Positions 11,184 to 24,039 of a DNA stretch of 64,000 nucleotides are shown piece by piece; the stretch's first letter is position 1, and each line of letters begins with the position of its first letter. The translations under genes were made by a program, and so were the position numbers. This DNA comes from Escherichia coli (GTDB lineage Bacteria > Pseudomonadota > Gammaproteobacteria > Enterobacterales > Enterobacteriaceae): NCBI RefSeq assembly GCF_017348835.2, contig NZ_CP071375.1, one strand, 5' to 3'. The notes under the pieces are model-generated. The model did no database searches. It was given only the letters and a program-made list of their open reading frames with translations, and had not been told where the DNA came from.

Positions 11184-12083
11184 ATGGCAGAATTTCCCGC
11201 CAGCTTACTGATTCTTAATGGCAAAAGTACTGACAATCTACCCTTGCGCGAAGCAATTATGCTGTTGCGTGAGGAAGGAATGACGATCCATGTGCGGGTC
11301 ACCTGGGAGAAAGGCGATGCCGCACGATATGTAGAGGAGGCCCGGAAGTTGGGCGTCGCAACGGTGATTGCCGGTGGTGGCGATGGCACCATTAATGAAG
11401 TTTCTACGGCGTTGATTCAGTGTGAGGGGGATGACATACCCGCGCTGGGAATTTTGCCATTAGGAACCGCCAATGATTTTGCCACCAGTGTAGGGATTCC
11501 TGAGGCACTGGATAAGGCGCTGAAACTGGCAATTGCCGGTAACGCCATTGCGATAGATATGGCGCAGGTCAACAAACAAACCTGTTTTATTAATATGGCG
11601 ACAGGCGGATTTGGGACGCGTATTACCACAGAAACGCCGGAAAAATTAAAAGCCGCGCTGGGTGGCGTCTCTTATATCATTCATGGCTTAATGCGCATGG
11701 ATACTCTGCAACCGGACCGTTGTGAAATCCACGGTGAAAACTTTCACTGGCAAGGTGACGCCCTGGTCATTGGTATTGGTAACGGGCGTCAGGCCGGTGG
11801 CGGTCAACAATTGTGCCCGAACGCGTTAATTAACGATGGCTTGCTGCAACTGCGCATTTTTACCGGCGATGAAATTCTTCCGGCTCTCGTATCAACCTTA
11901 AAATCTGACGAAGATAACCCGAATATTATCGAAGGCGCTTCGTCGTGGTTTGATATACAAGCCCCACACGAAATCACTTTTAATCTTGATGGCGAACCGT
12001 TGAGTGGGCAAAACTTCCATATTGAAATACTTCCGGCGGCGTTGCGTTGTCGATTACCACCAGATTGTCCATTATTGCGTTAA
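11184..12083 (+). CDS. yegS: Lipid kinase YegS (299 aa), DAGK-catalytic-domain family
   Basis: 299-aa ORF; GGDGT motif of the diacylglycerol kinase catalytic domain family. Confidence 0.88.
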   Translation: MAEFPASLLILNGKSTDNLPLREAIMLLREEGMTIHVRVTWEKGDAARYVEEARKLGVATVIAGGGDGTINEVSTALIQCEGDDIPALGILPLGTANDFATSVGIPEALDKALKLAIAGNAIAIDMAQVNKQTCFINMATGGFGTRITTETPEKLKAALGGVSYIIHGLMRMDTLQPDRCEIHGENFHWQGDALVIGIGNGRQAGGGQQLCPNALINDGLLQLRIFTGDEILPALVSTLKSDEDNPNIIEGASSWFDIQAPHEITFNLDGEPLSGQNFHIEILPAALRCRLPPDCPLLR

Positions 12084-12121
12084 TCAAACTATTCTCTCTT
12101 GAACCAGGGAGAATCCGTAAT

Positions 12122-12156
12122 GCCGGATGCGGTGTAAACACCTTATCCGGCATACA
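12122..12156. repeat. REP (repetitive extragenic palindrome) element
   Basis: GCCGGATGCGGTGTAAACACCTTATCCGGCATAC matches the E. coli REP consensus; lies in the yegS-gatR intergenic space. Confidence 0.65.
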
Positions 12157-12164
12157 GAACAATA

Positions 12165-12944
12165 CTACACCGTAATTAATTTTACCCGTGTCTTCTGCAA
12201 TGCCAGTTTATCCACCTCTGACACGGCATCATCGGTAATAATAATGTCAATTTTTTCGATTGGCAGTACCTGATTAAAACCGCGACGATTAAATTTCGAT
12301 GAATCGAGAACGGCAATCACTTTATTTGCGGCGGTGACCATCGCCCCGCTAATCGAATAACCTTCATTAAAGGTCGTAATACCATTAACCGCATCAATAC
12401 CATCAGCACCGACAAACATTAAATCGGCATTAATATCCTGCAATGAACGCTCGGCAATGGAACCATGCATCGAGCGCGTTTTATGGCGGACCGTGCCACC
12501 ACAGACGACCAGAGTAATGTCTTTATTTTCGGAAAGGGCAAACGCTGCCGGGAGACTGTTGGTAATCACCGTGATATTTTTGGCGGTCATTAATCCTTCG
12601 GCGATAAGCATTGTCGTACTTCCGCTGTCGAGAATAACGGTCATCCCTTCGTGGATCATTTTGACTGCCGCCTGCGCTATTCTGTTTTTTGGCGCGCTGG
12701 CGAGCTGAAATCGCTCTTTAAACCCGACTTCCTGGGTCTCGGTTTCACTATTACCGGACATTATTTTCGCCGCACCGCCATGAAAGCGCGTAACCACGCC
12801 TTTTTGTTCGAGAAAGCGCAAATCGGCACGGATTGTCGCTTCCGAGGCAGCAAATACTCCCGCCAGATCCTGAACAAGCACGGTTCCCTGTTCATTCACT
12901 AATTGGATGATCTTATTCCTTCGCTCGAATGAATTCATCGTCAT
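12165..12944 (-). CDS. gatR: DeoR-family galactitol operon repressor GatR, uninterrupted (259 aa)
   Basis: Continuous 259-aa ORF with N-terminal HTH and C-terminal DeoR sugar-binding domain; no IS sequence inside. Confidence 0.85.
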   Translation of the reverse strand: MTMNSFERRNKIIQLVNEQGTVLVQDLAGVFAASEATIRADLRFLEQKGVVTRFHGGAAKIMSGNSETETQEVGFKERFQLASAPKNRIAQAAVKMIHEGMTVILDSGSTTMLIAEGLMTAKNITVITNSLPAAFALSENKDITLVVCGGTVRHKTRSMHGSIAERSLQDINADLMFVGADGIDAVNGITTFNEGYSISGAMVTAANKVIAVLDSSKFNRRGFNQVLPIEKIDIIITDDAVSEVDKLALQKTRVKLITV

Positions 12945-13043
12945 TTACCCATATTCAATTGTGGCTAGTGTAAACGAAGGGGGACCATTGGTGAATGATC
13001 TGTTTTGCACAATACCGGGCCAGCATCACGCTGGCCCGCGGTT

Positions 13044-14084
13044 TCAGGGAATGAGCAACACTTTGCCCGGCATAGCATTACGAGCGATGTCACGCACCGC
13101 CTGGGCGAAGCATTCAAAGCTTCCACGGTGAGCGATTAATGGCTCCAGGCTTAACTTACGTTCTGTCAGCAACCGGCTCGCCGTTTCCCACTCCTGCCCC
13201 GGCCAAGGGCTGGAGTAGTTCATCCAACTGCCGATAACCGTCAGCTCTTTACGCAATATTTTGCCAAACGTTGCCGATGTTAAATGCAGATCCTGATGCA
13301 ACGTCCCCACCAGCGCCAGTTGGGCATGAGGACCGGCAATCTCTACCGCCAGTTCCACAGTTTGCGGTACGCCAGCCGTCTCGAGGATAAGCTGATTAAA
13401 GCGCAGCTCGCGTAAAACGCCCTGCATTTGCGGCGCGCTCATTTCGCTACTGTTAAATGTTTGCATCGCACCGAAAGATTTTGCCAGTGCCAGTTTTTCT
13501 GAGCTAATGTCGATCGCCGTCACACTCTTTGCTCCCAGCGCGACAGCGCACTGAATAGCCAGCAGACCAATGGTTCCGGCACCAATAATAATAACGTTTT
13601 TATTCTCACAACCTTGCGCTAAATGAAAAGCATGCAGGCCAACGGTAATCGGTTCAATAAAAGCCCCATCCTCAATAGGCATATCCGTGGGTAGAGCAAA
13701 GACATTTTTCCGCTTAACGACAATATATTCGGCAAATCCACCATCACGCCGTGAGCCAATAAAATCATATTTTGCGCACTGGGAATAAAACCCTTTCAGA
13801 CACTCTGGACAAGTAAAACAAGGTAATAACGGCACACAGGCAACCGCATCGCCAGGGTGTAAATCATCAACACCGGATCCCACCACATCAATATAGCCGC
13901 TAAATTCATGGCCTAACGTTATTGGATAATAATGTGCACCATTTTTAAATATCCTGGGTAAATCGGAACCACATAAGCCCGAGCTGGCAATTTTTACCCG
14001 CACCTCATCCTGATGTTTAATTTCAGGAATGACGCTTTCTGCAACGCGCACGATACCATCAGTATCATTCACCACTGATTTCAT
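13044..14084 (-). CDS. gatD: Galactitol-1-phosphate 5-dehydrogenase GatD (346 aa)
   Basis: Zn-dependent alcohol dehydrogenase family motifs (GHEFSG, GAGTIGL); synteny. Confidence 0.92.
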   Translation of the reverse strand: MKSVVNDTDGIVRVAESVIPEIKHQDEVRVKIASSGLCGSDLPRIFKNGAHYYPITLGHEFSGYIDVVGSGVDDLHPGDAVACVPLLPCFTCPECLKGFYSQCAKYDFIGSRRDGGFAEYIVVKRKNVFALPTDMPIEDGAFIEPITVGLHAFHLAQGCENKNVIIIGAGTIGLLAIQCAVALGAKSVTAIDISSEKLALAKSFGAMQTFNSSEMSAPQMQGVLRELRFNQLILETAGVPQTVELAVEIAGPHAQLALVGTLHQDLHLTSATFGKILRKELTVIGSWMNYSSPWPGQEWETASRLLTERKLSLEPLIAHRGSFECFAQAVRDIARNAMPGKVLLIP

Positions 14085-14131
14085 AAAAACTCCTGATTGT
14101 TAAGGGGGATAACCTCCCCCTCAGGTAAAAA

Positions 14132-15487
14132 TTATTCTGCGAGAACGGTTTTCTCTTGTTTAATAAAACCACGCGCTCTACGCCAGGTCATGAAAATACC
14201 GGTCAGATAAATTGCGCCGATAATAATGAAACCGGGAATATTTTGCGGGGAGAAAACCTGAATCAGTAACCAGGTAATGGGAGAACCGCCCTGATCCATT
14301 GAAGCCACCATACCCCCGGCTTTTAACGCCCCAGCATTAGCCGCCAGTTGGGTGTGCAAACCAATAGTTTGCGTCGCGATCCACAGGGTGATGCTCATAA
14401 TGATGACACCCGAGATTAAGGTGCGGAACAGATTTCCACGATGCACCGCGACCGCCATCGCCACGAAGAAGCCGATAGTGGCAAGATCGCCAAACGGCAG
14501 CACCTGATTACCCGGCACACAAACAGCAATTAAAATGGTGAGCGGGATAAAAATCAGGCTTGCCGATACCACCGCCGTATGCCCCAGCAGTAATGCGGGA
14601 TCCAGGCCAATCAGGAACTCCTGACCGCCGAACTTCGCCTGTAAACGACTACGGGCCTGCTTAGCGATGGGCGTTAAACCATCCATGATGGGTTTAATCA
14701 CCCGTGGCATTAGCAGCATCACCGCCGCCGTTTTTACCGCCAGCTGCAATACACCTTTGACATCGTAACCCGCGAGGATGCCGATAATCAGCCCCATCAC
14801 AAAACCCACGGTGACAGGCTCGCCAAAAGGGCCAAATTTGCGCTGAATATCATCGGCGCTAAATTTAATTCGGTTAACGCCTGGGATTTTCTCGATAATG
14901 GCATCGACCAGCACCGCAATCGGCCCCATATACGCCGACGTACCGTGCGGAATAGCAATGCCTTCCAGCTCAAAGAAATTTCGGGTATCGCGGGCAAACC
15001 AGTCGCCGAGCTTATAAACAAACGCCGCGTGAATTACCACACCCGCCATCCCTATCATCCATGAACCGGTTGCCAGGTGCAGCAACGCGCCGGTGAAGGT
15101 CATATGCCAGATATTCCAGATATCAACATTTACCACCCGCGTCATACGGGTCAGTAACATCGCCACGTTAACCAGAATCGCAATCGGAATCGCCACCAGC
15201 GCAATTTGCGACGCCCAGGTCATTGGTGAAGAGCCCGGCCAGCCAACATCGACCACATGCAGATTCAGGTCGAAATTTTCCGCCATCGCTTTCGCCGCCG
15301 GACCAATGGAATCCAGCATTAAGCCAATCACAAGGCCAATGCCAACAAAGCCAATCCCGATATGCAGACCCGCTTTAAAGCAATCGCCTGCCTTCATGCC
15401 TAATATTTTAGAAAAAATAATGATGACAATCGGCAGCATCACCGTAGGGCCGAGATCGAGAATATAACGCATGACTTCTGAAAACAT
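14132..15487 (-). CDS. gatC: PTS galactitol-specific EIIC GatC (451 aa)
   Basis: 451-aa polytopic membrane protein; synteny in gat operon. Confidence 0.92.
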   Translation of the reverse strand: MFSEVMRYILDLGPTVMLPIVIIIFSKILGMKAGDCFKAGLHIGIGFVGIGLVIGLMLDSIGPAAKAMAENFDLNLHVVDVGWPGSSPMTWASQIALVAIPIAILVNVAMLLTRMTRVVNVDIWNIWHMTFTGALLHLATGSWMIGMAGVVIHAAFVYKLGDWFARDTRNFFELEGIAIPHGTSAYMGPIAVLVDAIIEKIPGVNRIKFSADDIQRKFGPFGEPVTVGFVMGLIIGILAGYDVKGVLQLAVKTAAVMLLMPRVIKPIMDGLTPIAKQARSRLQAKFGGQEFLIGLDPALLLGHTAVVSASLIFIPLTILIAVCVPGNQVLPFGDLATIGFFVAMAVAVHRGNLFRTLISGVIIMSITLWIATQTIGLHTQLAANAGALKAGGMVASMDQGGSPITWLLIQVFSPQNIPGFIIIGAIYLTGIFMTWRRARGFIKQEKTVLAE

Positions 15488-15490
15488 AGG

Positions 15491-15775
15491 TCACCCCTGT
15501 AAGATAGTCAGAATTTTATTTTGTAATGCTTCGATACCGACACCAGAAACAAAAGGCATGCCGTGAACTAACGGAATATCGCCAAAACTACGATCCACCC
15601 TGGCAGTGGTACATATCAAATGCACACCATCCATATAGGTTTCTATTTCATTAACCCGACACTGGATTAATTCAACAGGAATATTATGACTCTGACACAA
15701 CTCTTTAATTTCTTCCGCCGCCATCGTAGAGGTCGCAACCGCGCCTCCGCAAGCGACAATAATCTTGCGTTTCAT
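15491..15775 (-). CDS. gatB: PTS galactitol-specific EIIB GatB (94 aa)
   Basis: 94-aa ORF with N-terminal active-site Cys ([10 protein letters not shown]); synteny. Confidence 0.92.
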
Positions 15776-15805
15776 AAATAGTCCTTTTTATTGTTACAGA
15801 GGGAT

Positions 15806-16258
15806 TTATTCGTCTGAATCTAAAACATACTTTGTGAAGTATTCCTTTAACTGGGTTTCAGGAAGAGTGATTAGTGTCTCGACGATATCGGGCTGTTGTA
15901 ACTTGCCAAATAAACAGCGTAAAAGTTTCAATTGCTGCTGCGGATTTTCCACAATCAACGCAATAACCAACGATACCGCCACGTCGTTATCATCATCCGC
16001 TTGCTGAAAATGAACTTTATTTGTTGGCCTTAACAGATAAATGGCTGACGACTTAGCATGAATCGCCTCACAATGCGGTATTGCAATGGCGTGCTGCTCA
16101 AGCATTATCCCGGTAGGGAATTCTGCTTCTCTGGCAATTAATGCCTGTGGCCAGGTATCATGAACCACACCTTTCGCGAGCATCTCATTACCGATATGGG
16201 TTAAAACTTCGCTACGATCGACAAAAGAAATTCCGCTACGAACAAACAGGTTAGTCAT
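15806..16258 (-). CDS. gatA: PTS galactitol-specific EIIA GatA (150 aa)
   Basis: 150-aa ORF; synteny. Confidence 0.92.
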   Translation of the reverse strand: MTNLFVRSGISFVDRSEVLTHIGNEMLAKGVVHDTWPQALIAREAEFPTGIMLEQHAIAIPHCEAIHAKSSAIYLLRPTNKVHFQQADDDNDVAVSLVIALIVENPQQQLKLLRCLFGKLQQPDIVETLITLPETQLKEYFTKYVLDSDE

Positions 16259-16267
16259 ATACCGTCC

Positions 16268-17530
<1,263 letters not shown>

Positions 17531-17531
17531 A

Positions 17532-18467
<936 letters not shown>

Positions 18468-18530
18468 TTAAATGTCGAGATAACGATCACAAAAACGACA
18501 ATATGAAAAATTGTTCGAGGAGTGAAAGGC

Positions 18531-18560
18531 AAAAAAAACGGCCTCCCGATAGGGAAGCCG
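18531..18560 (-). terminator. Rho-independent terminator downstream of fbaB and its REP cluster
   Basis: On the minus strand, hairpin cggcttccc-tatc-gggaggccg followed by an 8-nt U-run. Confidence 0.6.
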
Positions 18561-18583
18561 TAGCAAAGTGCGCGTTATTTTAT

Positions 18584-18698
18584 GCCGGATGCAGTGTAAA
18601 CATACGTGGCAGCGCTGTGTAGGCATGATAAGACGCTTCAGCGTCGCATCAGGCATAGGTTGCCGGATGCAGCGTAAACGCCTTATCCGTCCTACGGG
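18584..18698. repeat. BIME: cluster of three REP elements
   Basis: GCCGGATGCAGTGTAAACATACGTGGC / GTAGGCATGATAAGACGCTTCAGCGTCGCATCAGGCAT / GCCGGATGCAGCGTAAACGCCTTATCCGTCCTACG are typical REP consensus variants in alternating orientation. Confidence 0.75.
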
Positions 18699-18722
18699 GT
18701 GGTGTTGTTCGTATAAGGCGTA

Positions 18723-19775
18723 TCAGGCGATAGTAATTTTGCTATCGAGATAAACGTCCTGCACGGCGTTAATCAGTTTCACGCCGTCAGCCATCGATTT
18801 CTTGAACGCCTTACGTCCAAGAATCAGCCCCATTCCGCCAGCGCGTTTGTTGATAACCGCAGTACGCACTGCATCGCTGAGGTCAGTTTCACCGCCTGCA
18901 GCACCGCCGGAGTTTATCAACCCGGCCCGGCCCATATAGCAGTTAGCTAACTGATAACGCACCAGATCAATCGGGTTTTCGCTGGTCAACTTGCTGTACA
19001 CGCGATCGTCTGTATAACCGTAATTAACCGCTTTATAGCCGCCGTTATTTTCCGCCATTTTTTGTTTGACGATATCTGCACCTATGGTTGCCGCCAGATG
19101 GTTCGCCTGACCAGTCAGGTCGGCGGAGACATGGTAATCAACGCCATCTTTCTTAAAGGCGGAGTTACGCAAATAGGCCCACAGCACTGTCACCATGCCC
19201 AGCTCGTGCGCACGTTCAAAAGCCGCAGAAATTTCTTCAATCTGGCGACGTGACTCTTCCGAGCCAAAATAGATAGTCGCACCAACCGCCACCGCGCCCA
19301 TGTTGAACGCCTGCTCCACGCTGGCATACAGCGTTTGATCGTAGGTATTCGGGTAACTTAGCGTCTCGTTGTGATTAAGTTTGACGAGAAATGGAATGCG
19401 ATGCGCATAGCGCCGCGATACCGACGCCAACACGCCGTAAGTTGATGCCACACAGTTACAGCCCGCTTCGATCGCCAGTTCAACAATGTTTTTCGGGTCA
19501 AAGTAGAGCGGGTTAGCAGCAAATGAAGCTCCGGCAGAGTGCTCAACGCCCTGGTCAACCGGCAGAATAGAAAGATATCCTGTGCCAGCCAGACGCCCGG
19601 TGTTGTACAACGTCTGCATATTACGTAACACCGCTGGCGGGCGATTATTGTCAATCATCACGCGGTCTACGTAGTCATGTCCGGGGAGATAAAGCTGGTC
19701 AGAAGGAATAGTCATACAACGGTGCTGTAAAAGGTTGTCGGCGTCTTTGCCAAGCAACTGCGCAATATCTGTCAT
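18723..19775 (-). CDS. fbaB: Class I fructose-bisphosphate aldolase FbaB (350 aa)
   Basis: Start assigned to the internal ATG ([20 protein letters not shown]...) of the 374-aa track ORF; DhnA-type aldolase. Confidence 0.9.
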   Translation of the reverse strand: MTDIAQLLGKDADNLLQHRCMTIPSDQLYLPGHDYVDRVMIDNNRPPAVLRNMQTLYNTGRLAGTGYLSILPVDQGVEHSAGASFAANPLYFDPKNIVELAIEAGCNCVASTYGVLASVSRRYAHRIPFLVKLNHNETLSYPNTYDQTLYASVEQAFNMGAVAVGATIYFGSEESRRQIEEISAAFERAHELGMVTVLWAYLRNSAFKKDGVDYHVSADLTGQANHLAATIGADIVKQKMAENNGGYKAVNYGYTDDRVYSKLTSENPIDLVRYQLANCYMGRAGLINSGGAAGGETDLSDAVRTAVINKRAGGMGLILGRKAFKKSMADGVKLINAVQDVYLDSKITIA

Positions 19776-20031
19776 TACTATGCTCCCGTAAATTCCGATT
19801 GGATATCGGCTATGGATTGTCCTGGCCCGCCTTTTGCGGGCAATCATAATCCTGGTCGTTACGGGCGAGTTTTTCCATCTTTTGGATGTTTTTTCAGCGT
19901 TTTCTGTTGGCTCGATTCATCAGAAAAAATGTTAGCGCGGTCAAGTTTTCACCGCAAAGGTATTTAAAAGGTATTATTAAGTGGTATTGTCATCGCGTAC
20001 CTTACATTACCTGTCATGAAGGAATTAAAAG

Positions 20032-21309
20032 ATGAAAACAACAGCAAAGCTGTCGTTCATGATGTTTGTTGAATGGTTTATCTGGGGCGCGTGGTTTGTG
20101 CCATTGTGGTTGTGGTTAAGTAAAAGCGGTTTTAGTGCCGGAGAAATTGGCTGGTCCTATGCCTGTACCGCCATTGCGGCGATCCTGTCGCCAATTCTGG
20201 TTGGCTCCATCACTGACCGCTTTTTCTCGGCGCAAAAAGTGCTGGCGGTATTGATGTTCGCAGGCGCGCTGCTGATGTATTTCGCTGCGCAACAGACCAC
20301 TTTTGCCGGGTTCTTCCCGTTACTGCTGGCCTACTCGCTAACCTATATGCCGACCATTGCGCTGACTAACAGTATCGCTTTTGCCAACGTGCCGGATGTG
20401 GAGCGTGATTTCCCGCGCATTCGTGTGATGGGCACTATCGGTTGGATTGCCTCCGGTCTGGCATGTGGATTCTTGCCGCAAATGCTGGGGTATGCCGATA
20501 TCTCACCAACCAATATTCCATTACTGATTACCGCCGGAAGTTCTGCTCTACTCGGTGTGTTTGCGTTTTTCCTGCCCGACACGCCGCCAAAAAGCACCGG
20601 CAAAATGGATATTAAAGTCATGCTCGGCCTGGATGCGCTGATCCTGCTGCGCGATAAAAACTTCCTCGTTTTTTTCTTCTGTTCATTCCTGTTTGCGATG
20701 CCGTTGGCGTTCTATTACATCTTTGCCAATGGTTATCTGACCGAAGTCGGGATGAAAAACGCCACCGGCTGGATGACGCTCGGCCAGTTCTCTGAAATCT
20801 TCTTTATGCTCGCATTACCGTTTTTCACCAAACGCTTTGGTATCAAAAAGGTATTATTGCTTGGTCTGGTCACCGCTGCGATCCGCTATGGCTTCTTTAT
20901 TTACGGTAGTGCGGATGAATATTTCACCTACGCGTTACTGTTCCTCGGTATTTTGCTTCACGGCGTAAGTTACGATTTTTACTACGTTACCGCTTACATC
21001 TATGTCGATAAAAAAGCCCCCGTGCATATGCGTACCGCTGCGCAGGGGCTGATCACGCTCTGCTGCCAGGGCTTCGGCAGTTTGCTCGGCTATCGTCTTG
21101 GCGGTGTGATGATGGAAAAGATGTTCGCTTATCAGGAACCGGTAAACGGACTGACTTTCAACTGGTCCGGGATGTGGACTTTTGGCGCGGTGATGATTGC
21201 CATTATCGCCGTGCTGTTCATGATCTTTTTCCGCGAATCCGACAACGAAATTACGGCTATCAAGGTCGATGATCGCGATATTGCGTTGACACAAGGGGAA
21301 GTTAAATGA
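20032..21309 (+). CDS. yegT: MFS nucleoside transporter YegT (425 aa)
   Basis: 425-aa 12-TM protein; NupG/XapB-like; synteny. Confidence 0.88.
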   Translation: MKTTAKLSFMMFVEWFIWGAWFVPLWLWLSKSGFSAGEIGWSYACTAIAAILSPILVGSITDRFFSAQKVLAVLMFAGALLMYFAAQQTTFAGFFPLLLAYSLTYMPTIALTNSIAFANVPDVERDFPRIRVMGTIGWIASGLACGFLPQMLGYADISPTNIPLLITAGSSALLGVFAFFLPDTPPKSTGKMDIKVMLGLDALILLRDKNFLVFFFCSFLFAMPLAFYYIFANGYLTEVGMKNATGWMTLGQFSEIFFMLALPFFTKRFGIKKVLLLGLVTAAIRYGFFIYGSADEYFTYALLFLGILLHGVSYDFYYVTAYIYVDKKAPVHMRTAAQGLITLCCQGFGSLLGYRLGGVMMEKMFAYQEPVNGLTFNWSGMWTFGAVMIAIIAVLFMIFFRESDNEITAIKVDDRDIALTQGEVK

Positions 21310-22310
21310 AAACAGAACGTATTCTCGGTGCTCTTTATGGGCAGGCGTTAGGGGATGCGATGGGGATGCCCTCCGAGCTTTGGCCACGCAGCCGCGTTAA
21401 AGCATACTTTGGCTGGATTGACCGTTTTCTGCCTGGACCAAAGGAGAATAACGCGGCCTGTTATTTTAACCGCGCCGAATTCACCGACGATACCTCGATG
21501 GCGCTGTGTCTGGCGGATGCGTTGCTGGAACGTGAAGGCAAGATCGATCCGGATCTGATTGGGCGTAATATCCTCGACTGGGCGCTGCGTTTCGACGCCT
21601 TCAACAAAAACGTGCTAGGTCCGACCTCGAAGATTGCGCTTAACGCCATTCGCGACGGTAAACCCGTTGCTGAACTGGATAACAACGGCGTGACCAACGG
21701 CGCAGCGATGCGCGTCTCGCCATTAGGTTGTTTGCTTCCGGCGCGTGATGTTGATTCCTTTATTGATGATGTGGCGCTGGCGTCCAGCCCGACCCATAAA
21801 TCCGATCTGGCGGTTGCAGGTGCGGTAGTCATCGCATGGGCGATTTCTCGTGCCATTGACGGAGAAAGCTGGTCAGCAATTGTTGATTCACTGCCTTCAA
21901 TTGCGCGACATGCACAGCAAAAACGCATCACTACCTTCAGCGCCTCACTGGCGGCGCGGCTGGAGATTGCGCTGAAAATTGTGCGCAATGCAGACGGCAC
22001 TGAATCCGCCAGCGAACAGCTTTACCAGGTCGTTGGCGCAGGTACCAGCACTATTGAGTCCGTTCCGTGCGCCATTGCGCTGGTTGAACTGGCACAAACC
22101 GACCCGAACCGTTGCGCCGTCCTCTGCGCTAACCTTGGCGGCGATACAGACACCATCGGTGCTATGGCGACGGCAATCTGCGGCGCGTTGCATGGCATTA
22201 ACGCTATCGATCCTGCGTTAAAGGCGGAACTGGATGCGGTAAATCAGCTTGATTTCAACCGCTATGCCACAGCGCTGGCGAAGTATCGTCAACAACGGGA
22301 GGCGGCATGA
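21306..22310 (+). CDS. yegU: ADP-ribosylglycohydrolase-family protein YegU (334 aa)
   Basis: ATGA overlap with yegT stop; ADP-ribosylglycohydrolase family signature (GDAMG...TDDT). Confidence 0.85.
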   Translation: MKTERILGALYGQALGDAMGMPSELWPRSRVKAYFGWIDRFLPGPKENNAACYFNRAEFTDDTSMALCLADALLEREGKIDPDLIGRNILDWALRFDAFNKNVLGPTSKIALNAIRDGKPVAELDNNGVTNGAAMRVSPLGCLLPARDVDSFIDDVALASSPTHKSDLAVAGAVVIAWAISRAIDGESWSAIVDSLPSIARHAQQKRITTFSASLAARLEIALKIVRNADGTESASEQLYQVVGAGTSTIESVPCAIALVELAQTDPNRCAVLCANLGGDTDTIGAMATAICGALHGINAIDPALKAELDAVNQLDFNRYATALAKYRQQREAA

Positions 22311-23272
22311 GCGGCGCTCGATTACACACGCTGCTGCCTGAATTAACCACGCGTCAGCCGGTTATGGTGATTGGCGCGGCAGTCATTGATGTGATCGCCG
22401 ACGCTTATGCCCTCCCCTGGCGTGGGTGCGATATCGAACTGAAACAGCAGAGCGTTAACGTTGGCGGCTGCGCACTGAATATTGCCGTGGCGTTAAAGCG
22501 CCTCGGCATCGAAGCGGGTAAAGCCTTGCCGCTCGGTCAGGGCGTGTGGGCGGAGATTATTCGCAACCGGATGGCAAAAGAGGGCTTAATCAGCCTGATC
22601 GATAACGCCGAAGGTGATAACGGCTGGTGTCTGGCGCTGGTTGAGCCGGATGGCGAACGCACTTTTATGTCATTCAGCGGTGTGGAAAATCAGTGGAATC
22701 GCCAGTGGCTGGCGCGATTAACCGTTGCGCCTGGCAGCCTGCTCTATTTTTCCGGTTATCAACTGGCCTCGCCCTGCGGCGAATTGTTAGTGGAATGGCT
22801 GGAAAAGCTGCAAGACGTGACGCCGTTTATCGATTTTGGCCCACGTATTGGCGATATCCCGGACGCATTACTGGCGCGGATCATGGCCTGTCGACCTTTA
22901 GTGTCACTCAATCGTCAAGAGGCTGAGATTGCCGCCGAACGTTTTGCTTTATCCGCAGAGATAACAACACTTGGCAAGCAATGGCAGGAGAAATTTGCCG
23001 CGCCGTTGATCGTTCGTCTCGATAAAGAAGGCGCATGGTATTTCAGCAACGACGCTTCTGGCTGCATTCCGGCATATCCAAGGCAAGTTGTAGATACCAT
23101 TGGGGCGGGCGACAGTCATGCAGGTGGCGTACTTGCCGGGCTGGCTTCTGGTCTGCCACTGGCGGATGCCGTATTACTGGGCAATGCAGTGGCGTCGTGG
23201 GTTGTCGGGCATCGGGGCGGTGATTGTGCGCCAACGCGCGAGGAACTACTCCTCGCACACAAAAACGTATAG
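22307..23272 (+). CDS. yegV: PfkB/ribokinase-family sugar or nucleoside kinase YegV (321 aa)
   Basis: ATGA overlap with yegU stop; PfkB C-terminal motif DTIGAGDSHAGG. Confidence 0.85.
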   Translation: MSGARLHTLLPELTTRQPVMVIGAAVIDVIADAYALPWRGCDIELKQQSVNVGGCALNIAVALKRLGIEAGKALPLGQGVWAEIIRNRMAKEGLISLIDNAEGDNGWCLALVEPDGERTFMSFSGVENQWNRQWLARLTVAPGSLLYFSGYQLASPCGELLVEWLEKLQDVTPFIDFGPRIGDIPDALLARIMACRPLVSLNRQEAEIAAERFALSAEITTLGKQWQEKFAAPLIVRLDKEGAWYFSNDASGCIPAYPRQVVDTIGAGDSHAGGVLAGLASGLPLADAVLLGNAVASWVVGHRGGDCAPTREELLLAHKNV

Positions 23273-23992
23273 ATCGCTGCGACAGTGGCTAATGCTGTAC
23301 TCAATAGGCCGTTGCTGTTGGTCAAGCGCCACTTGCTTGATCACCAGCACCGGTATTTTGCTATCTAACTGAATATGTGACTGAAACTCGGCATCCGGCA
23401 TCCGGGCGCTAACGCGGGAACGCGTACGTTGTGGGTAAATGTGCTGGCTGCGGAAATAGTCATAAAGAGAAATTCCGATGGCATCAACATCATGAATTAA
23501 ATGCGCCGGAACCCACGATTCCTCAATCGATACCGCTTCTTCATCGACATAGCGAATACGCTTAAGCAAAAAGACATCACTTCCCGCTTCGACCGCCAGC
23601 TGCTGCGCGACTTCTTCGGGACATTTCACGACACGCTTGTTAACCCATAGCGTATCGGGCTTTTTCCCGCGCAATACCACCTGCTGAGAAAAACCTCGCG
23701 CTTCTTTCAACGAGTATTCGAAGATGTTGTTGATCTGCGTGCCGTAACCACGCGAACGCGTCACCACGCCCTCTTCTTCCAGCGCCTGCATCGCCTTGCG
23801 CACCGTAATGCGCGAAACGCCGGTTAACTGACTTAAATCACGCTCACCGGGCAAAATATTGCCATGCTCCAGCACCCCGCTGCGCACGGCATTTTTTACC
23901 GTTTCGGCAAACTTAATATAAAGCGGCGTGTTATCCGCCGCTAAAATACGCTCGTTCAGTTGGGCAATCAGCTGGGTATGCGCTTGTTCCAT
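23246..23992 (-). CDS. yegW: GntR-family transcriptional regulator YegW (248 aa)
   Basis: N-terminal GntR HTH, UTRA-like C-terminus; convergent 27-nt overlap with yegV. Confidence 0.85.
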   Translation of the reverse strand: MEQAHTQLIAQLNERILAADNTPLYIKFAETVKNAVRSGVLEHGNILPGERDLSQLTGVSRITVRKAMQALEEEGVVTRSRGYGTQINNIFEYSLKEARGFSQQVVLRGKKPDTLWVNKRVVKCPEEVAQQLAVEAGSDVFLLKRIRYVDEEAVSIEESWVPAHLIHDVDAIGISLYDYFRSQHIYPQRTRSRVSARMPDAEFQSHIQLDSKIPVLVIKQVALDQQQRPIEYSISHCRSDLYVFVCEE

Positions 23993-24039
23993 TTGTCTTT
24001 TTCCTGCCAGGGAGTCTGGTGGGAGTATATCACTGCTTC

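Noticed and set aside
12165-12944. Looked for an IS3 insertion in gatR, as I recall for K-12
   Set aside because: gatR is one continuous ORF with no transposase-like ORF or terminal inverted repeats in or near it; no IS element was found anywhere in the window.
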